Below, piece by piece: positions 30,101 through 41,855 of a DNA stretch of 64,000 bases (position 1 is the stretch's first letter; every line of letters starts with the position of its first letter). The notes below the pieces were generated by a model. The model did not search any database, was not told where the DNA came from, and saw only the letters and a program-made list of their open reading frames with translations. A program made the position numbers and the translations under genes. Source of the stretch: a virus; the IMG/VR virus record IMGVR_UViG_3300037483_000443, positions 1 through 64,000 of that record; one strand, written 5' to 3'.

Positions 30101-33100
30101 TGGTTCAATACGATAACTGGAAAGCTCTTTATCTTTGATGCTGTTTCTGACTCTGGAGAATTACTATCTGGAGTAAAGTATGGAGCTTATTCTTATGATC
30201 GTTCTACTAATCAAGTTTGGCAGACAGACGGACAAGATTGGACTCTATTAACTGATTTACAGTCAGATCGTTTACCTTGGACTGAAGTTAAGCTTGATCT
30301 CATCATCAACAATCTAGAGTTAAATCTTGAAACCGAATTGTTTGATGAATGTCCTACGTTGAATCCTCGTGTAGACGAAGTAGGTCTTCAAGCTTACTCA
30401 AACTTTTCATCAATGATGGATGCTGAATTTCAAAGCTTTGGAATTCGACACAATATCAATGACATTTACTCTAACCCACAAATTTATGCGTTCTGGACGA
30501 AAACTTTAGAGTACCTGTATTCACTACAAAAGACATACTTCAAGCTTGACCCGTTGACCTATGTTCGAGAATCTTGGGGAGTTAAACATCTTACCGTGGA
30601 TGAATACACTCTTAATCCACAGCTCGGACGTAAAGAAGCCCCACCCGACTTTACTTTACACGGTGAAGTTTTAGATGAATTAGCTCAATCATCTTGGGTT
30701 TCCGCTTCACTTGTTAATTTGCCTCCATTCCACCTTACTCCAGGGCAGTCATACATCATCACGTCTGTCGGTACTACAGACTGGACTCTGTGGGGAGCAT
30801 ACGCAAATGAAGTTGGTGTTCAATTTACAGTACCGCTAAATGCACAGATCGGTCCTGGATCTGGGACTGGAACCGCTTCGGTTCTTCCTCCCCTCTTCAC
30901 TCGTACTTACTATTTCAAGTGCGCAAATCGTACCGACGGTATGTTCTATACTTACCTAGATGATGAAGATGCAGCTCGTGAATTGACAGAACCCCTGACA
31001 AACGGTTATCTACCGTACTACGGATATACACCATTCTCAGCTCCACCTCTAAAAGCTGATCCTGTATTCAGTGAAGCGATTGGAAACGACTTAACGTATC
31101 GTGACAAATATCTTGATGTCACGATAACTGCTACTCGTCGTGGCTTTTTCTGGGGAGATATATTCAAGATAACCGTGACTTCTGACGGTGTGATTTCCGT
31201 TGAGACTATTCCTCAACAATATTTCAAAGCAGAGGGATTCAATCAACTCTTTGTCCAATATGGAAGGATCTACGGTGAAGACGCATCGCTTTCGATCAAC
31301 ACAACTCTTCTAAAAGATTGGTCAGTAAAGTTAGGATATCGCTTCGGTGGAATGGTAAACACTGATACCTTAACAGTCAAAACTCAAGACACAATCGATT
31401 CGTCTGGTTATAACGTCTACTTGAAAGAAAATCTCTTTAACAGTAGCTCATGGATAAATGCGCTTCGAGTACAAGTTGTACAAAAGGGCGCTACAGAGAT
31501 GCTAAACGGTGTTTCTGTACCGGTGATCGGATTCGGTGGATCTCCAGGGGAAGATTGGATCTTTAGGATAGATAACTACAATAAGAATCGTACTTCTCTA
31601 TCTTGGTATAATTATGATCTAGTGGGAGATCAACATAAGTTCATCGCGCTAGATGGACTTGCTACTGATTACTATGAATGGGCCCGTTATACCAGCAAGA
31701 CAACGATCTCAACTCTGAATGCTCCATTCTTGATCACTGGCATCCAGAATCTGATCAACTTCGTTTTCGGATACGCTGATAAACTAGAAGCTGACGGTTG
31801 GAGATTTAATGATCCCAATAACCCACGAATTGATCCAACAACCGGACTTCACGTTGGTTATCAGTCACTGGTAGAGTCATTTATCGTTCAACAGTTTTCT
31901 GGAGTTAATGCTGGATCGGTATTTGTCTTCAATCCATTTGGACAAAAAGTTTGGTTTGAAACTTCTCACGGTTTTGTGTCAAACGTTAATAACGTGCTGG
32001 GATTTGAGACCGAAACCGTCAACGCGATCCTTGATCAAAACGCAAAGCAAGTTTCAAAGAATGACATTCGTGTTTTCCGTCAAGATGACATTACAGAGAT
32101 GGTTTTTGACACTCCCGTTTATACTCTGCATCTGTTGACGTCTGAATTTGAGCACGTCGTTCTTTTTGAAAATAAAGCTACTAACACATTGTTGATCTAT
32201 GATCCTTTCTTGGGACAACGTGTTAGTCGAATTTTCATGAGTGGGCAGAAACAAGCCAATTTCTCCGGGCAAATCGACTTTGGTGGTCACTTTTTGCTTG
32301 GGAACGAGATGAAAAAGAACATCGAGAGTTCGGTGAATAGCATCATTAATCTCTATGACACTACCGTCAAAGACGTTGATTCTCAAATTCTTGATCGCTC
32401 AAGATCATTACTGGGATACCAAAAAAAGTCATACTTTGACGTAAGAGGAACTACAGATACGTCTCAGTTTAGATTTTGGCAAGGGATGATCGCCAATAAG
32501 GGTACTAACTTCTCCGTAGATGCTTTCATTAACTCGGCGTCTTATCACGACGCAATCTTGGACGAATACTGGGCTTACAAAGTAGCTGAATATGGAGATT
32601 CTCGTTCGATCATAAAGACAGAACTTTTGGTACAGCCAGAGGATTGTATAGGTGAGTATGCTAATTTCATCTTCTTAGAATCGGATGACATTTCTACTCA
32701 GTCTACTGATTCAGCAAACTTGTATGACAACGTTGTTTATGACTACAACGGTTTTAGTGCAAGCTCGCAGCTTGACGTTACCGGACTTATCCCAGTAAGC
32801 GCAACCGATGAAACACGTTGGTTCTCTTATTCTGATTTGAATACGTTATCATATCTTGAAGCTCAACCTATTGCGACGATGTTTTTACCGTCTGCAAATC
32901 AAATTGCAGTAGGTAGTTGCTTTGTCATAACGGATTCAAACGGTCGTCCTGTTAGAGCAGATAGATTTGAGATTATCAACTTCAACTCGACATCAGCGAG
33001 CACGATCATCTTCCGTGAAGCCGGTGATTATATCGTTGGTACAAATCCACCTGATTTTTCTTTACCAAGATTTGAACGATTGAATCAATCTGTGATCAAG

Positions 33101-35716
33101 ATTCTTGATCTAGGTGGCGATCTTACTCAGGCTGTGAATTTGATACCAGGACTTGCGTATAACATCATCTCTCAAGGAACTTCAACTGACTTTACCTTGA
33201 TCGGGGCTGCAAACAACAACGTTGGTACTTCATTTGTTGCTACAGGCCCAGGGTATGGTAACGGTGTTGCGACGATCAGTCCTATCGTTCTAGGCGTAAC
33301 TGCTATAATTGTAGGGCAAACTTACACCATCACTACTCTTGGAAACACTGACTTTACACTAATCGGTGCAGCCGCCAACTTGGTCGGTGTAACGTTTACC
33401 GCGGTAAACGTTGGGGTAGGAACTGGTACGGTAACTGCAGTTTCGGCGTTAACTAGTGCAGGTTCATTCGTTATTGGTGTAACATACACCATCAACACTA
33501 CAGGTGTATTAACTGACTTTACGCAAGTTGGTGCACCAAACAACAACGTTGGAACAGAGTTTATCGCGACCGCCGCTGGGACTGGTAGTGGAACCGCAGC
33601 GACGGTAGTAGTTACAGGGTCTCTACAAGTGGTTGCATATGGCCCGGCTTCAAGTTGGTACAGCCCAAACTTGCTTTATGATTATGTTAACAACGTTCTA
33701 GTTAAGAATGACATCATTTGGTGGGATCCGGGTAGGGGAATTCACCACCCACAAGCAGCAGCATCTATCTCTTATGACTTAGATTCCGATCCTGCAATCT
33801 ATACCAGTTCTCTCCTAAGTGATGCAAAGGTATCAAACTTGAAACCCTGGGGATCTGCTCAGGTAGGTAAGATCTGGTGGAATACCGAGAACTTGCACTA
33901 CAAACCATATTCTGATGATAAACAAGTTCCTCAGGTAAAAGATAGAATTGCCTCATGGGGAGCTTTATCTGACATGTCAAGCATCGAGATCTATGAGTGG
34001 GTTAAGTCACAAGTACCTCCGAGTTCTGCAGTTCTTGGACAAAGCATGAATGGCGAGCCTGCGATTACCAACACTTTGACTCGTACACGTACATGGTGGC
34101 AGCGTCCGGTAGCTTGGAGATATTCTTCAAATCCTGATATCACCCCAAGGGCGTTCTTGCAGTATCAACCATCTAGACTGCAGATTACCTACTTTAATGG
34201 TGTCGGTCAAGCAACCCTGAAGACGGGAAGCTTTGACACACTTGGAATCATGATTGGTACTAAGATCTCAGGTACAGAATATTCAAGTACTACTAAACTT
34301 GATAATGTCTTGTCAAAGATCTTTGGTCTTGCGATCGTTTCTTCAACGTCGACAACCGTAGTAGGAACCACTGGAGGGTACGCAGATGGCCCTGGATTCA
34401 CGAACAATGCTACGTTCAGTAACTTCCAAGCGGTTCTTGATCAGAATGTTCTGAAGTACAGAACTACTTCTCTTGGTCAATATGCCCTGAGTACTTCTGC
34501 TGACTTGGCAACTGTTTCAGTGGGATCTCTCAACGTTGGAACTGACTATACAATCACTTCGATTGGACAAACGTCTCCAACGACAGCTGGATACCTTGTC
34601 ATTGGAAAGACCTACGTTATCGTTTCGATAGGATCGACCACAAACTTTATGTTGGTTGGGGCTTCTGCAAACACACCCGGTGTAGAATTTGTGGCGACCG
34701 GAATAAGTAGCGGTGATGGTACTGCAATGCTTGTGACCAATAATGTAAATGCCACGGCTTTGATTCCGGGCTTCACTTACGTGATCACAAATACCGGTAC
34801 GACAGATTTTACCGCTGTTGGGGCTTCTGCAAATACAAACGGAACGGTGTTCATTGCTACAGCTGCTACGACCGGATCTGGTACTTGTTCTACCGCAAAT
34901 ACCGACTTTACGACAGTAGGTGCTATCACCGTGTCACCGGGGTCATTTGTGTCTGGGCAGACGTATGTTATCAAGGCAGCTTCTACCGGTGGTACTTCAA
35001 CGAACTTCACGTTGATTGGAGCACCAAATAACACTCCCGGAACAACGTTCACTGCTTCTTTCATCGGTGCCGATCCAACGACAGGCACAGGAAGAGCTTA
35101 CAACGCTACGTTTACAGCTTCAAGTACATCTACCACTGGTACTGGAACAGCGCAGTACTCGGTCAATACATATCTTTCCTTGACCCATGTGAGCTCCGGT
35201 GAATCGCAGAAATTGAAAGTGATCAATTCTACTCGCTCCCAGGGCCAAACTCTTTCCTATAACTTTGACGCGTTGGGTGTCCAAGTAAGTGCGACACTGG
35301 GAGTAAACTTACCGCATGCTTCAACGATTGTCAGTGGACTTGTAAGCGGAAATGCTGACATCAATCTACGTAGTTCTGTGACAGTGAAAATCCCGATGAT
35401 CTTTAATGATGGGACAACTACTTTTACAGAATTTTTCTCTAATACTGACACTCTATCTCAGCTTGGCTGGATAGCTTGGAATGATCCAACGACGAACCCG
35501 AATTTAGGTAATCCTCCACCTAAAAATCTTTATGAACCGCTGGTCGGAGATTGGGTTCAGGTGGGGTCAAATCTTCATGCGGTGTCTGATGATATTGTTC
35601 TTCGTATCTCAGATCCATGGACTTGGTTTGATGGCTTAGATTACACTCCATACAAATCTTCATGGACTGCCTGGACTAAGATGTCTCCTACGATTATTGA
35701 AGCATACAACCTGTAA
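27146..35716 (+). CDS. Very large baseplate/virion structural protein (2856 aa)
   Basis: Follows gp6; duplicated DLDKF-x-NF-x-NYFW domain; EYWAYKVAEYG motif; nine copies of the Thr/Gly module; late promoter at 27122 and SD. Confidence 0.75.
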   Translation: MANSLDLTSLLPNRNRDRTIDGLLKNLFNRFLSKPDTVPLYGFVGDQSELSPGEVQITETDLERQINQLEPFIFSQHASEKIVTSWFDLIQKLVVLGVDYTTLNQWFNSKSYNFVPPIDLDKFCNFQNYFWIGNWFLTKPALDYTSLGFATVSTYHVAPFAAWNNSTLSPEYYVIARGPLQTNGAPIAPQPTFSNSSSWSDWSYGNLWVHRADLINFANQHKIDVSISTAVQATRPIIEYSAYVGLNVAQTSAGVPTDAALGTGVPQAKQFMNQLPLFDLYYYDKIHAGVTSSIFYYTEAQDQPVDSVIGRRLTVDANGDFIFGHSLVNSIDNSLYFYKLYDTVTTVAGSHFKMLTIWREGPDDAIKYVKYDTSGSLIDLDKFVNFSNYFWVGIDATPQPSYNPTGLPEYYTIAKGGTSDWSVYNYWTHVSALNRADLTRYVQATKPIIEFNVALESQLVVYGKTVRAEMPIFKHFVFDQPTQSFQQIPRDNDNDAYLAGHLFARLSDLPASTQAAVTTNPEIYTNNCFSYNNEIYIQGLFNGSYYAFDTSLNFYGYKSRLVSFNGEGNGSATINALSSTAYPELIVLTYNGTSFNAVGSVSGDNGFVDVGVETSIQGITIKIDVGSTPYAIGDVYTFEITSYVFSPVNIYVYVNGVYRTLNSPIQITTQVQNTTVVETDVSRQDGVWTPPPQLEWNILNETRSTVSEGDLYYHLTSIIAAQPGLIGSATGTNNWRTLSPDVGLGGKIKQFDGNTALLISMLMQRGISTLSLIEFARESYQAFSTSIRTFVQDILPDMIAAGQISLPKNVPAGIFVNGQSYVITEIGTTDFTAIGASSNSIGLSFIATGPGDGTGSADENSIDSEIVSSFMTYFSRQSPLVLSTSTPVDDTISSPFYDSTAEIFNLVITLPYMGLTPKALPQKIFDADLNLEMLVHHDGHRTKLESNPTDLAKKLAQKLYVRSPGESTPGFIAADYPVRPYAGQFWFNTITGKLFIFDAVSDSGELLSGVKYGAYSYDRSTNQVWQTDGQDWTLLTDLQSDRLPWTEVKLDLIINNLELNLETELFDECPTLNPRVDEVGLQAYSNFSSMMDAEFQSFGIRHNINDIYSNPQIYAFWTKTLEYLYSLQKTYFKLDPLTYVRESWGVKHLTVDEYTLNPQLGRKEAPPDFTLHGEVLDELAQSSWVSASLVNLPPFHLTPGQSYIITSVGTTDWTLWGAYANEVGVQFTVPLNAQIGPGSGTGTASVLPPLFTRTYYFKCANRTDGMFYTYLDDEDAARELTEPLTNGYLPYYGYTPFSAPPLKADPVFSEAIGNDLTYRDKYLDVTITATRRGFFWGDIFKITVTSDGVISVETIPQQYFKAEGFNQLFVQYGRIYGEDASLSINTTLLKDWSVKLGYRFGGMVNTDTLTVKTQDTIDSSGYNVYLKENLFNSSSWINALRVQVVQKGATEMLNGVSVPVIGFGGSPGEDWIFRIDNYNKNRTSLSWYNYDLVGDQHKFIALDGLATDYYEWARYTSKTTISTLNAPFLITGIQNLINFVFGYADKLEADGWRFNDPNNPRIDPTTGLHVGYQSLVESFIVQQFSGVNAGSVFVFNPFGQKVWFETSHGFVSNVNNVLGFETETVNAILDQNAKQVSKNDIRVFRQDDITEMVFDTPVYTLHLLTSEFEHVVLFENKATNTLLIYDPFLGQRVSRIFMSGQKQANFSGQIDFGGHFLLGNEMKKNIESSVNSIINLYDTTVKDVDSQILDRSRSLLGYQKKSYFDVRGTTDTSQFRFWQGMIANKGTNFSVDAFINSASYHDAILDEYWAYKVAEYGDSRSIIKTELLVQPEDCIGEYANFIFLESDDISTQSTDSANLYDNVVYDYNGFSASSQLDVTGLIPVSATDETRWFSYSDLNTLSYLEAQPIATMFLPSANQIAVGSCFVITDSNGRPVRADRFEIINFNSTSASTIIFREAGDYIVGTNPPDFSLPRFERLNQSVIKILDLGGDLTQAVNLIPGLAYNIISQGTSTDFTLIGAANNNVGTSFVATGPGYGNGVATISPIVLGVTAIIVGQTYTITTLGNTDFTLIGAAANLVGVTFTAVNVGVGTGTVTAVSALTSAGSFVIGVTYTINTTGVLTDFTQVGAPNNNVGTEFIATAAGTGSGTAATVVVTGSLQVVAYGPASSWYSPNLLYDYVNNVLVKNDIIWWDPGRGIHHPQAAASISYDLDSDPAIYTSSLLSDAKVSNLKPWGSAQVGKIWWNTENLHYKPYSDDKQVPQVKDRIASWGALSDMSSIEIYEWVKSQVPPSSAVLGQSMNGEPAITNTLTRTRTWWQRPVAWRYSSNPDITPRAFLQYQPSRLQITYFNGVGQATLKTGSFDTLGIMIGTKISGTEYSSTTKLDNVLSKIFGLAIVSSTSTTVVGTTGGYADGPGFTNNATFSNFQAVLDQNVLKYRTTSLGQYALSTSADLATVSVGSLNVGTDYTITSIGQTSPTTAGYLVIGKTYVIVSIGSTTNFMLVGASANTPGVEFVATGISSGDGTAMLVTNNVNATALIPGFTYVITNTGTTDFTAVGASANTNGTVFIATAATTGSGTCSTANTDFTTVGAITVSPGSFVSGQTYVIKAASTGGTSTNFTLIGAPNNTPGTTFTASFIGADPTTGTGRAYNATFTASSTSTTGTGTAQYSVNTYLSLTHVSSGESQKLKVINSTRSQGQTLSYNFDALGVQVSATLGVNLPHASTIVSGLVSGNADINLRSSVTVKIPMIFNDGTTTFTEFFSNTDTLSQLGWIAWNDPTTNPNLGNPPPKNLYEPLVGDWVQVGSNLHAVSDDIVLRISDPWTWFDGLDYTPYKSSWTAWTKMSPTIIEAYNL

Positions 35717-35726
35717 ATAGAACACT

Positions 35727-38651
35727 ATGTCAGATCTTAACAACATTCTAACCAAGATAAACTCAACGATCGTAGCTCAGTCTGATTCCAGACTGTCGTT
35801 CTCATCACAATACGCATACAGTGTGACAGGCGCAATGAGCGGAACAACTACTCTCACGGGATATGTCGCGATTTACTCGATGACTAATGCTACATATCTG
35901 ACTGATCTTGTTCCAATTTCAGGAGGTGCATGGAGTACATCTACCGCGATTGCTGGAATCAAGATCATTGAAAACTGTGCAAGCGGTACGTTGAATGCTG
36001 CTGGAACAATTTCTTGTACAACAAACATCGTTACGGGGGTTGGTACTTCATTCACAACACAAGCTGTGGTAGGTGGGTTGATCTACGTCAACGGTCAGCG
36101 TGGCTGGATTCAGTCAATTCAAAATAACAATCAGCTTACTCTTTGGTCAAACGTTACTACATCTTTTTCTGGAGTTGCTTATTCAATTCTAGGACCAACG
36201 ATAGCTAGAACAATTTCAAATGGAACTCCTCCCTCACTTCCAGTAAGCTATGTAGTTCCATTTAACGATCCAGATTTTCAACAATCTGGTAGAGGAACGA
36301 AGAGCAATATAGAAGATGTTGGTTCTTACTTGTTAGTTTGTGCACGTAATCAAAATTTTACAACTGGTAATGCTGTAGTAGATGCTCTAACCTTGCTTTC
36401 AGGGTATGTAGATGCTAATTTGGGTACAATCGGTGCTTTGCCTATTACAGCTAACAGCTTTAATCTCTCAGTTGGAGATTTAAATTCAGTGCGAACTGGA
36501 GTTTCAGCTTGGGTTGGAACTGCTCTATGTGAGTACTATAAGTCTTCTGGATACATCCCTGCTCTCTCTTTAGCAGAGAAAATCGGTACTTATCTTCTGA
36601 GTGTTCAGGTATCACGGTTTTCAGTAAATGATCGTCGTTCTGGACTGATTGTAACTGGTCAAGATGCCGGGATTCTCTCGATTCAGGCATCAACAGAATC
36701 TAACGTTAACGCTTACTTCTTTTTCAAGGATCTTTACAGCCTAACTCTAAACATCACACACCGACAGGCTTATTTTGACATACAGTGGGGCTTGTTGAAC
36801 CATCTCTATGATGGTACTCTCGGTAGATTTTTGTACGGTACCTCGTCTACTACTGGAGATTACGCAGAGTCCATAAGCTTATATGCAGAGGGTGGCATAT
36901 TCTTGCTTGACTCAAATGAGGTTGATAAGTCAGTAGCCATCGCGACTAGAATGATGTCTAAATTCTATGTAACAGGCAAAACGATCGTCTTTGAAAATAA
37001 TTACCCATCTAAGTACAATCAAACATACTCGAACACAGCAGCTGCTAACGGATTGAGAGAAACAGCTCTTACAACAGATGGAGATACTACCAGCAGTTAC
37101 ATAAATCCTCCTGATTCAATTTCGGTTTACGGGACGCAGGAAGCTCTGTTGATGCTTTCTAGATTAAACAATCCAGCGTTTATCTCCCAACAATCAGATC
37201 TATCGGCTGGTCAGGAAATCATTTATAACACCATCGGTGACGGATCGATCGTCGGATATACTAGCTCTAGCCGTCTATCTCCGTACGAGTTCCAAGTGTG
37301 GCCGTCTTTGACAGCTTTGTGTTGGTGGTGGCTAAGAGCTTCTGCTTCAAGCTTACTTTACCCAACCACTACTGCGCTTCCACAATTCAGTTCTCTATTT
37401 GCGTTCCCTGGGTTTACCCAGGCTCAAGTTCAAACTCAGGGAGTTGTTTACTTGAATGAAACGCGCTTGAAATCATCTCAGTGGTCTGTTACGATGTCTG
37501 GTAATACACCGACCGTCATCGTCGATCCTACATTAATCAAGCAGGGGGACTTGATTAGAGCTGTTGTGAACCCTTATGTACCAACGATTAATGATTATGC
37601 GTTTGATCCGACGATAAGTGACACTAATCCTCTGTTGTTGAATCAATATAAGCAAGATATTCCGTATGTCACTGAAGTTCTAAGAGATTCAAATGACAAT
37701 TTGTCTATCACAAATTACTACTATTGGGCAAAAAATAAGACAACTATCGGTTTAGCTGGACAGCTTTCAACGGTCGACATTACTAACTTGATGACAGAAA
37801 ACTCTGACATCTATGCGATCCCACTACAACTCAAGCCGTACAATCAGACCGACGGACGTCCTAATCGTTATTCTCGGCTGACTATTAAGAGTTTGAATCG
37901 TGAAGTAAATGCTGTCAACCACTACAAGCTTCGATTGAACAAAAACCAAACTATGCGAGACCGTGATGAGAACAGCAACTTAAAACCGGTCTTCACCGAG
38001 TGGAAGCTGCTTCGTCGAGGACAGCTTGATCTAATTCCCCTTGACTTGTGGAATGTATTGGTAGATACATTAGCTGCGAGCACTCAATTAAATCTACCGC
38101 TCCCATACACTTCACTACAGCTATATGACAAGAAGAATAAAACTTCAGTTAGCTATGGATTGAATACAGGACAGGTAATGACAGATGCAGACATCGCGAT
38201 CGCTACCGTGAAGCATACGATTCTAAATACTCAAGTCAATAAATATGTCAACGGTTCATTCATACCTGATTACATTTCGTATACGCCATCTCCTGTGAAT
38301 GAGATGTACGGATCTTCTGGAATGTTTGACATTGCAATGCTTGATACATATTTTAGCACGACTGATAACATCAGACAACTTATGTCTGACTTGTGGCGTT
38401 TTGCAAAACCTGCACAGGTTAATGAGATTTTCTTCAATGTGTTGCAAGATATGGCTGCAAAGAGCCTGGAAATGGATTCTTTCTTTAAGACTTCATTCGT
38501 ATCTCTGAACGAGATCAAAGCAGTTACTGCTACAAATCAGACTTTGGATGTAGCTACAAGCGCTGCAACTACAACCGGTGCAACACTTTGGGATTTTGTA
38601 CCTACGCCAAATTGGGATAATCCACCACCGCCGACTAACTGGATAAACTAA
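35727..38651 (+). CDS. Virion structural protein with putative alpha/alpha-toroid insert
   Basis: C-terminal YYYWAKNK...FFKTSFV region looks like the continuation of the giant baseplate protein; central helical region. Confidence 0.65.
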   Translation: MSDLNNILTKINSTIVAQSDSRLSFSSQYAYSVTGAMSGTTTLTGYVAIYSMTNATYLTDLVPISGGAWSTSTAIAGIKIIENCASGTLNAAGTISCTTNIVTGVGTSFTTQAVVGGLIYVNGQRGWIQSIQNNNQLTLWSNVTTSFSGVAYSILGPTIARTISNGTPPSLPVSYVVPFNDPDFQQSGRGTKSNIEDVGSYLLVCARNQNFTTGNAVVDALTLLSGYVDANLGTIGALPITANSFNLSVGDLNSVRTGVSAWVGTALCEYYKSSGYIPALSLAEKIGTYLLSVQVSRFSVNDRRSGLIVTGQDAGILSIQASTESNVNAYFFFKDLYSLTLNITHRQAYFDIQWGLLNHLYDGTLGRFLYGTSSTTGDYAESISLYAEGGIFLLDSNEVDKSVAIATRMMSKFYVTGKTIVFENNYPSKYNQTYSNTAAANGLRETALTTDGDTTSSYINPPDSISVYGTQEALLMLSRLNNPAFISQQSDLSAGQEIIYNTIGDGSIVGYTSSSRLSPYEFQVWPSLTALCWWWLRASASSLLYPTTTALPQFSSLFAFPGFTQAQVQTQGVVYLNETRLKSSQWSVTMSGNTPTVIVDPTLIKQGDLIRAVVNPYVPTINDYAFDPTISDTNPLLLNQYKQDIPYVTEVLRDSNDNLSITNYYYWAKNKTTIGLAGQLSTVDITNLMTENSDIYAIPLQLKPYNQTDGRPNRYSRLTIKSLNREVNAVNHYKLRLNKNQTMRDRDENSNLKPVFTEWKLLRRGQLDLIPLDLWNVLVDTLAASTQLNLPLPYTSLQLYDKKNKTSVSYGLNTGQVMTDADIAIATVKHTILNTQVNKYVNGSFIPDYISYTPSPVNEMYGSSGMFDIAMLDTYFSTTDNIRQLMSDLWRFAKPAQVNEIFFNVLQDMAAKSLEMDSFFKTSFVSLNEIKAVTATNQTLDVATSAATTTGATLWDFVPTPNWDNPPPPTNWIN

Positions 38652-38658
38652 GGACAAC

Positions 38659-41600
38659 ATGGCTTCTAACATCGATCCAACAAGACCAACGCATGTCAAC
38701 CCTCAAACTGAGGACGTGCGTCTTAATTTTCAGCATGCTCATGATGAAATCAATGTTCTTCAAGAACAAGTAGCTGGAATTTTGATAGGTCCTACTGGCC
38801 CCACTGGTCCCACTGGTCCTACTGGCCCCACTGGACCTACTGGCCCCACTGGTCCTACCGGTCCTACTGGCCCCACTGGTCCCACTGGTCCTACTGGCCC
38901 TTCAGTGACAGGTCCTATCGGTCCTACCGGGTCAAATAGTGTCTTAACTGAAGTTGCTGGATTGGAAGATCTCCCAGTTCCGGGTACTCTTCCGAACTTC
39001 AATGAATATCTAGTCGGTCCTAGAGCTGGTACAAACGATTCTGTACTCGTTGTCAAGGGGTCTAGTGCGGCTTGGGAATTTCCTCAGTATGTGGCAGAGA
39101 TTCAATTTAACGGATCCTCGGTCGGTACTGCAACAGCAGGCGGAACTATCAATACTGTAGTAAGCACTTCTTCAGATTTTACTTCTCTTACTGATACTGC
39201 TAATCCGGTAGGAGTCGGAACACACATCATCCAATTCTTAACTGGTGCTCTTGCAGGTCTTCCTCGATTTGTGACTAGCGTAGTCGGTTCGACGGTAACA
39301 GCAGAAACCCCTTGGGCTTCTGCGCCTTCGGTAGGTGACACTTTCAAGATTTACAAGAGAGATCTTGTGCTCATGAATTCGTTGGAGCAATTTAGCTTTT
39401 CTAAGACGCTGAAACAAAACACAGGTATCAATTATCTGGCCCGTCTAGTTAGAGCTGGTACTAGAGCAGTTCGTGAATATAGTGACATCACAGACGGTGG
39501 AACTGCCGGATTGACTCCAGGGACGATCTCTGAGGCGGCAACTACGTTCAATGCCCAGTTTACGTTGTCTCCTACACCTACAAACGTCTTATCATGTACA
39601 ACAACCGTTGGATCAGACATCATTCTCACTGCTAATACTTCATCGGTATCTATCGGAGATAACATAGCAGGGGTGGGTATCCCTGTAAATTCATGGGTAA
39701 TTGCTATCAATGCTGGAGTAAGCTTTACTATCAACAATTTAGCATCTGCTAACGGTACTGTAACTCTTACAAGTACTCGTTATTGGGTTCGCGATCGTTC
39801 TAATGCAGGTGATCACTCTTATCTTCGTAGAATCAATGAAAGCTACGAAGAAGAAATTTGGTTTTCTGACAACACCGTCGCTGCCACTGGTGTTTTGTGG
39901 CAGCTACGCAGCCGCATCCAATTGATTACAGGTCAGAATCACCTGTATGGTATCTTGACTGTTACACAAGACCCATCTACTCAATTTGAACTCGCGACCA
40001 AGGGATACGTAGATGCTACAGCCCAGGGATTAAACATCAAAGATCCGGTGCACTGTGCAGCAAACGGAGTCAATGTTGTTTTGTCTGGTGTTCAAACTAT
40101 CGACGGATTCTTGGGTACTGCTGGGGTAACCCGTGTACTGCTTGCATATCAAGCAGTACCTTCTGAGAACGGAATTTGGATCATGCAGACAGGTGCATGG
40201 ACCCGCTCTACCGATACAAACAACCCTGGAGTGAATTCTGCACCAACCGCAACGAACATGATTCGAGGATATACTTTTGTCGCAAACGGTAATAACACGA
40301 CCGGTACTTCGTGGGTCATGACTACTAACCCATATACTCTTGATACTACTGCGCTGGTATGGACTCAGTTCTTTGCAGCGGGATCAATTACCGCGTCACA
40401 GGGGCTGCAGAAGATCGGGTCTGATATTCAAACTAAACTCAACCCTTCTGATTTGCGTGTCAACGGAACTACTGGCGATCTTGAAATTCAACCCGCAATT
40501 ACCGGACACACGTACGACGGACTTACTCTTACTTCTAATGCAGTAGGATTTAGCATCTCCGGTGGTTCAACTGCAAAAAATTTAGTTCTCAACAACAGTC
40601 TAAGTTTTTCTGGAACCGATGGTTCTACTTTGAACATTGGGGGTGGTGGTACCTTAGGAACAGCCGCGTACATAAATTTCGTAAACGCAGGTCGAGGTGT
40701 TGTAGATTTTAATACATCGACTAGACCAACTGGAGTTTACGCAGTTGAAGGTGCAGGAAGTAACGGACCGGGCCTGGCATACCCTAACTTAATTCACTGC
40801 ATGAATTCTAACGACTTAGCTTTCCAGATTGCTGGTGGTTACACTACCGATAAAATGTACTTTAGAGGTGGCTATAATCTTACGACGACACCCGGATGGA
40901 CCACGTGGAGAGAAATCATTCACTCTGGCAACATCTCAAGTCAGTCAGTATACTCATCTACCCTGGTTAATAGCGTATTAGATGGTGGAATCGTTAATAA
41001 CCAATCGGGTGCATCTGGATGGATCGGTAGAATCATATCAAAGAATGTTGCATCCGATTCTTCTGTCGCGATAGGAACTTGCAACGGCCTACCTTCCATA
41101 GCATCACACAACTATGCTCTTACTGCCTGGAAAGATCTGTATGTTAATACAGTTGATGGTTCAGGTGGAGGAACGATACGGATGCCTGGCGGGATCGTCA
41201 TTACACCTGGCACGATCAATGCTACAAGTTTCGTAGGAACTGCTTCGAATGCTACTACGTTTATTGGGAACTGGACCAATTGGGTATCATATCGCTCTCA
41301 AGCGGTTGCGAACATGCTGGGTTGGAAGGCATACGGCAACAATCATGTGATCTTTGACGCCTCCGCAGGCTCGTCCCCCACCGGCTCGGCGGTGAACAAC
41401 ACCAACGCCCAAATTCCGTGGGCTGGATCTTATCCGACGTTAATGGGTTGGAACGGGGTAAACACCTTTGGTGTCAGAGTAGACAGCGCGAGGGTGGCGG
41501 ACAACGGCATCTCCAAGTTCATATCCACGATACTGACGGTTCCGACCGCGGTCGCACAGGCACAATCTGTAGCTCATGGACTTGGTGCAGTTCCAGCGTT

Positions 41601-41847
41601 AGTAAGATTAGTAGCTGTATGTAAAGTCGCTGGATATGGATATGCCGTTGGAGATGAGGCTGAAGTTCTATGTGGTGCGTATGACAATGGCAACGTTCAG
41701 CTCAAACCGTGGGCAAGTGCAACCTACGTCGGTTGGAGTTCAGGCTCAAATATGATGATAATAAATCGAAGCTTAGCCCAAGGTAATGCGCTGAATATAA
41801 TTAACCTCGGCGTGTACTTCGGTCTAAGGGTATATGCTTACTTATAA
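38659..41847 (+). CDS. Tail fibre protein with collagen-like repeat
   Basis: (GPT)12; ATKGYVD...GLNIKDPV...QTIDG...RVLL...NGIW module; variable C-terminal tip. Confidence 0.8.
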   Translation: MASNIDPTRPTHVNPQTEDVRLNFQHAHDEINVLQEQVAGILIGPTGPTGPTGPTGPTGPTGPTGPTGPTGPTGPTGPTGPSVTGPIGPTGSNSVLTEVAGLEDLPVPGTLPNFNEYLVGPRAGTNDSVLVVKGSSAAWEFPQYVAEIQFNGSSVGTATAGGTINTVVSTSSDFTSLTDTANPVGVGTHIIQFLTGALAGLPRFVTSVVGSTVTAETPWASAPSVGDTFKIYKRDLVLMNSLEQFSFSKTLKQNTGINYLARLVRAGTRAVREYSDITDGGTAGLTPGTISEAATTFNAQFTLSPTPTNVLSCTTTVGSDIILTANTSSVSIGDNIAGVGIPVNSWVIAINAGVSFTINNLASANGTVTLTSTRYWVRDRSNAGDHSYLRRINESYEEEIWFSDNTVAATGVLWQLRSRIQLITGQNHLYGILTVTQDPSTQFELATKGYVDATAQGLNIKDPVHCAANGVNVVLSGVQTIDGFLGTAGVTRVLLAYQAVPSENGIWIMQTGAWTRSTDTNNPGVNSAPTATNMIRGYTFVANGNNTTGTSWVMTTNPYTLDTTALVWTQFFAAGSITASQGLQKIGSDIQTKLNPSDLRVNGTTGDLEIQPAITGHTYDGLTLTSNAVGFSISGGSTAKNLVLNNSLSFSGTDGSTLNIGGGGTLGTAAYINFVNAGRGVVDFNTSTRPTGVYAVEGAGSNGPGLAYPNLIHCMNSNDLAFQIAGGYTTDKMYFRGGYNLTTTPGWTTWREIIHSGNISSQSVYSSTLVNSVLDGGIVNNQSGASGWIGRIISKNVASDSSVAIGTCNGLPSIASHNYALTAWKDLYVNTVDGSGGGTIRMPGGIVITPGTINATSFVGTASNATTFIGNWTNWVSYRSQAVANMLGWKAYGNNHVIFDASAGSSPTGSAVNNTNAQIPWAGSYPTLMGWNGVNTFGVRVDSARVADNGISKFISTILTVPTAVAQAQSVAHGLGAVPALVRLVAVCKVAGYGYAVGDEAEVLCGAYDNGNVQLKPWASATYVGWSSGSNMMIINRSLAQGNALNIINLGVYFGLRVYAYL
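38788..38895 (+). repeat. Collagen-like (GPT)x12 coding tandem repeat
   Basis: 12 units of GGNCCNACN. Confidence 0.95.
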
Positions 41848-41855
41848 ATGGAAAT

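Noticed and set aside
38788-38895. Tandem repeat as CRISPR or non-coding satellite
   Set aside because: 9-bp period with third-position variation and no spacers: a coding collagen repeat
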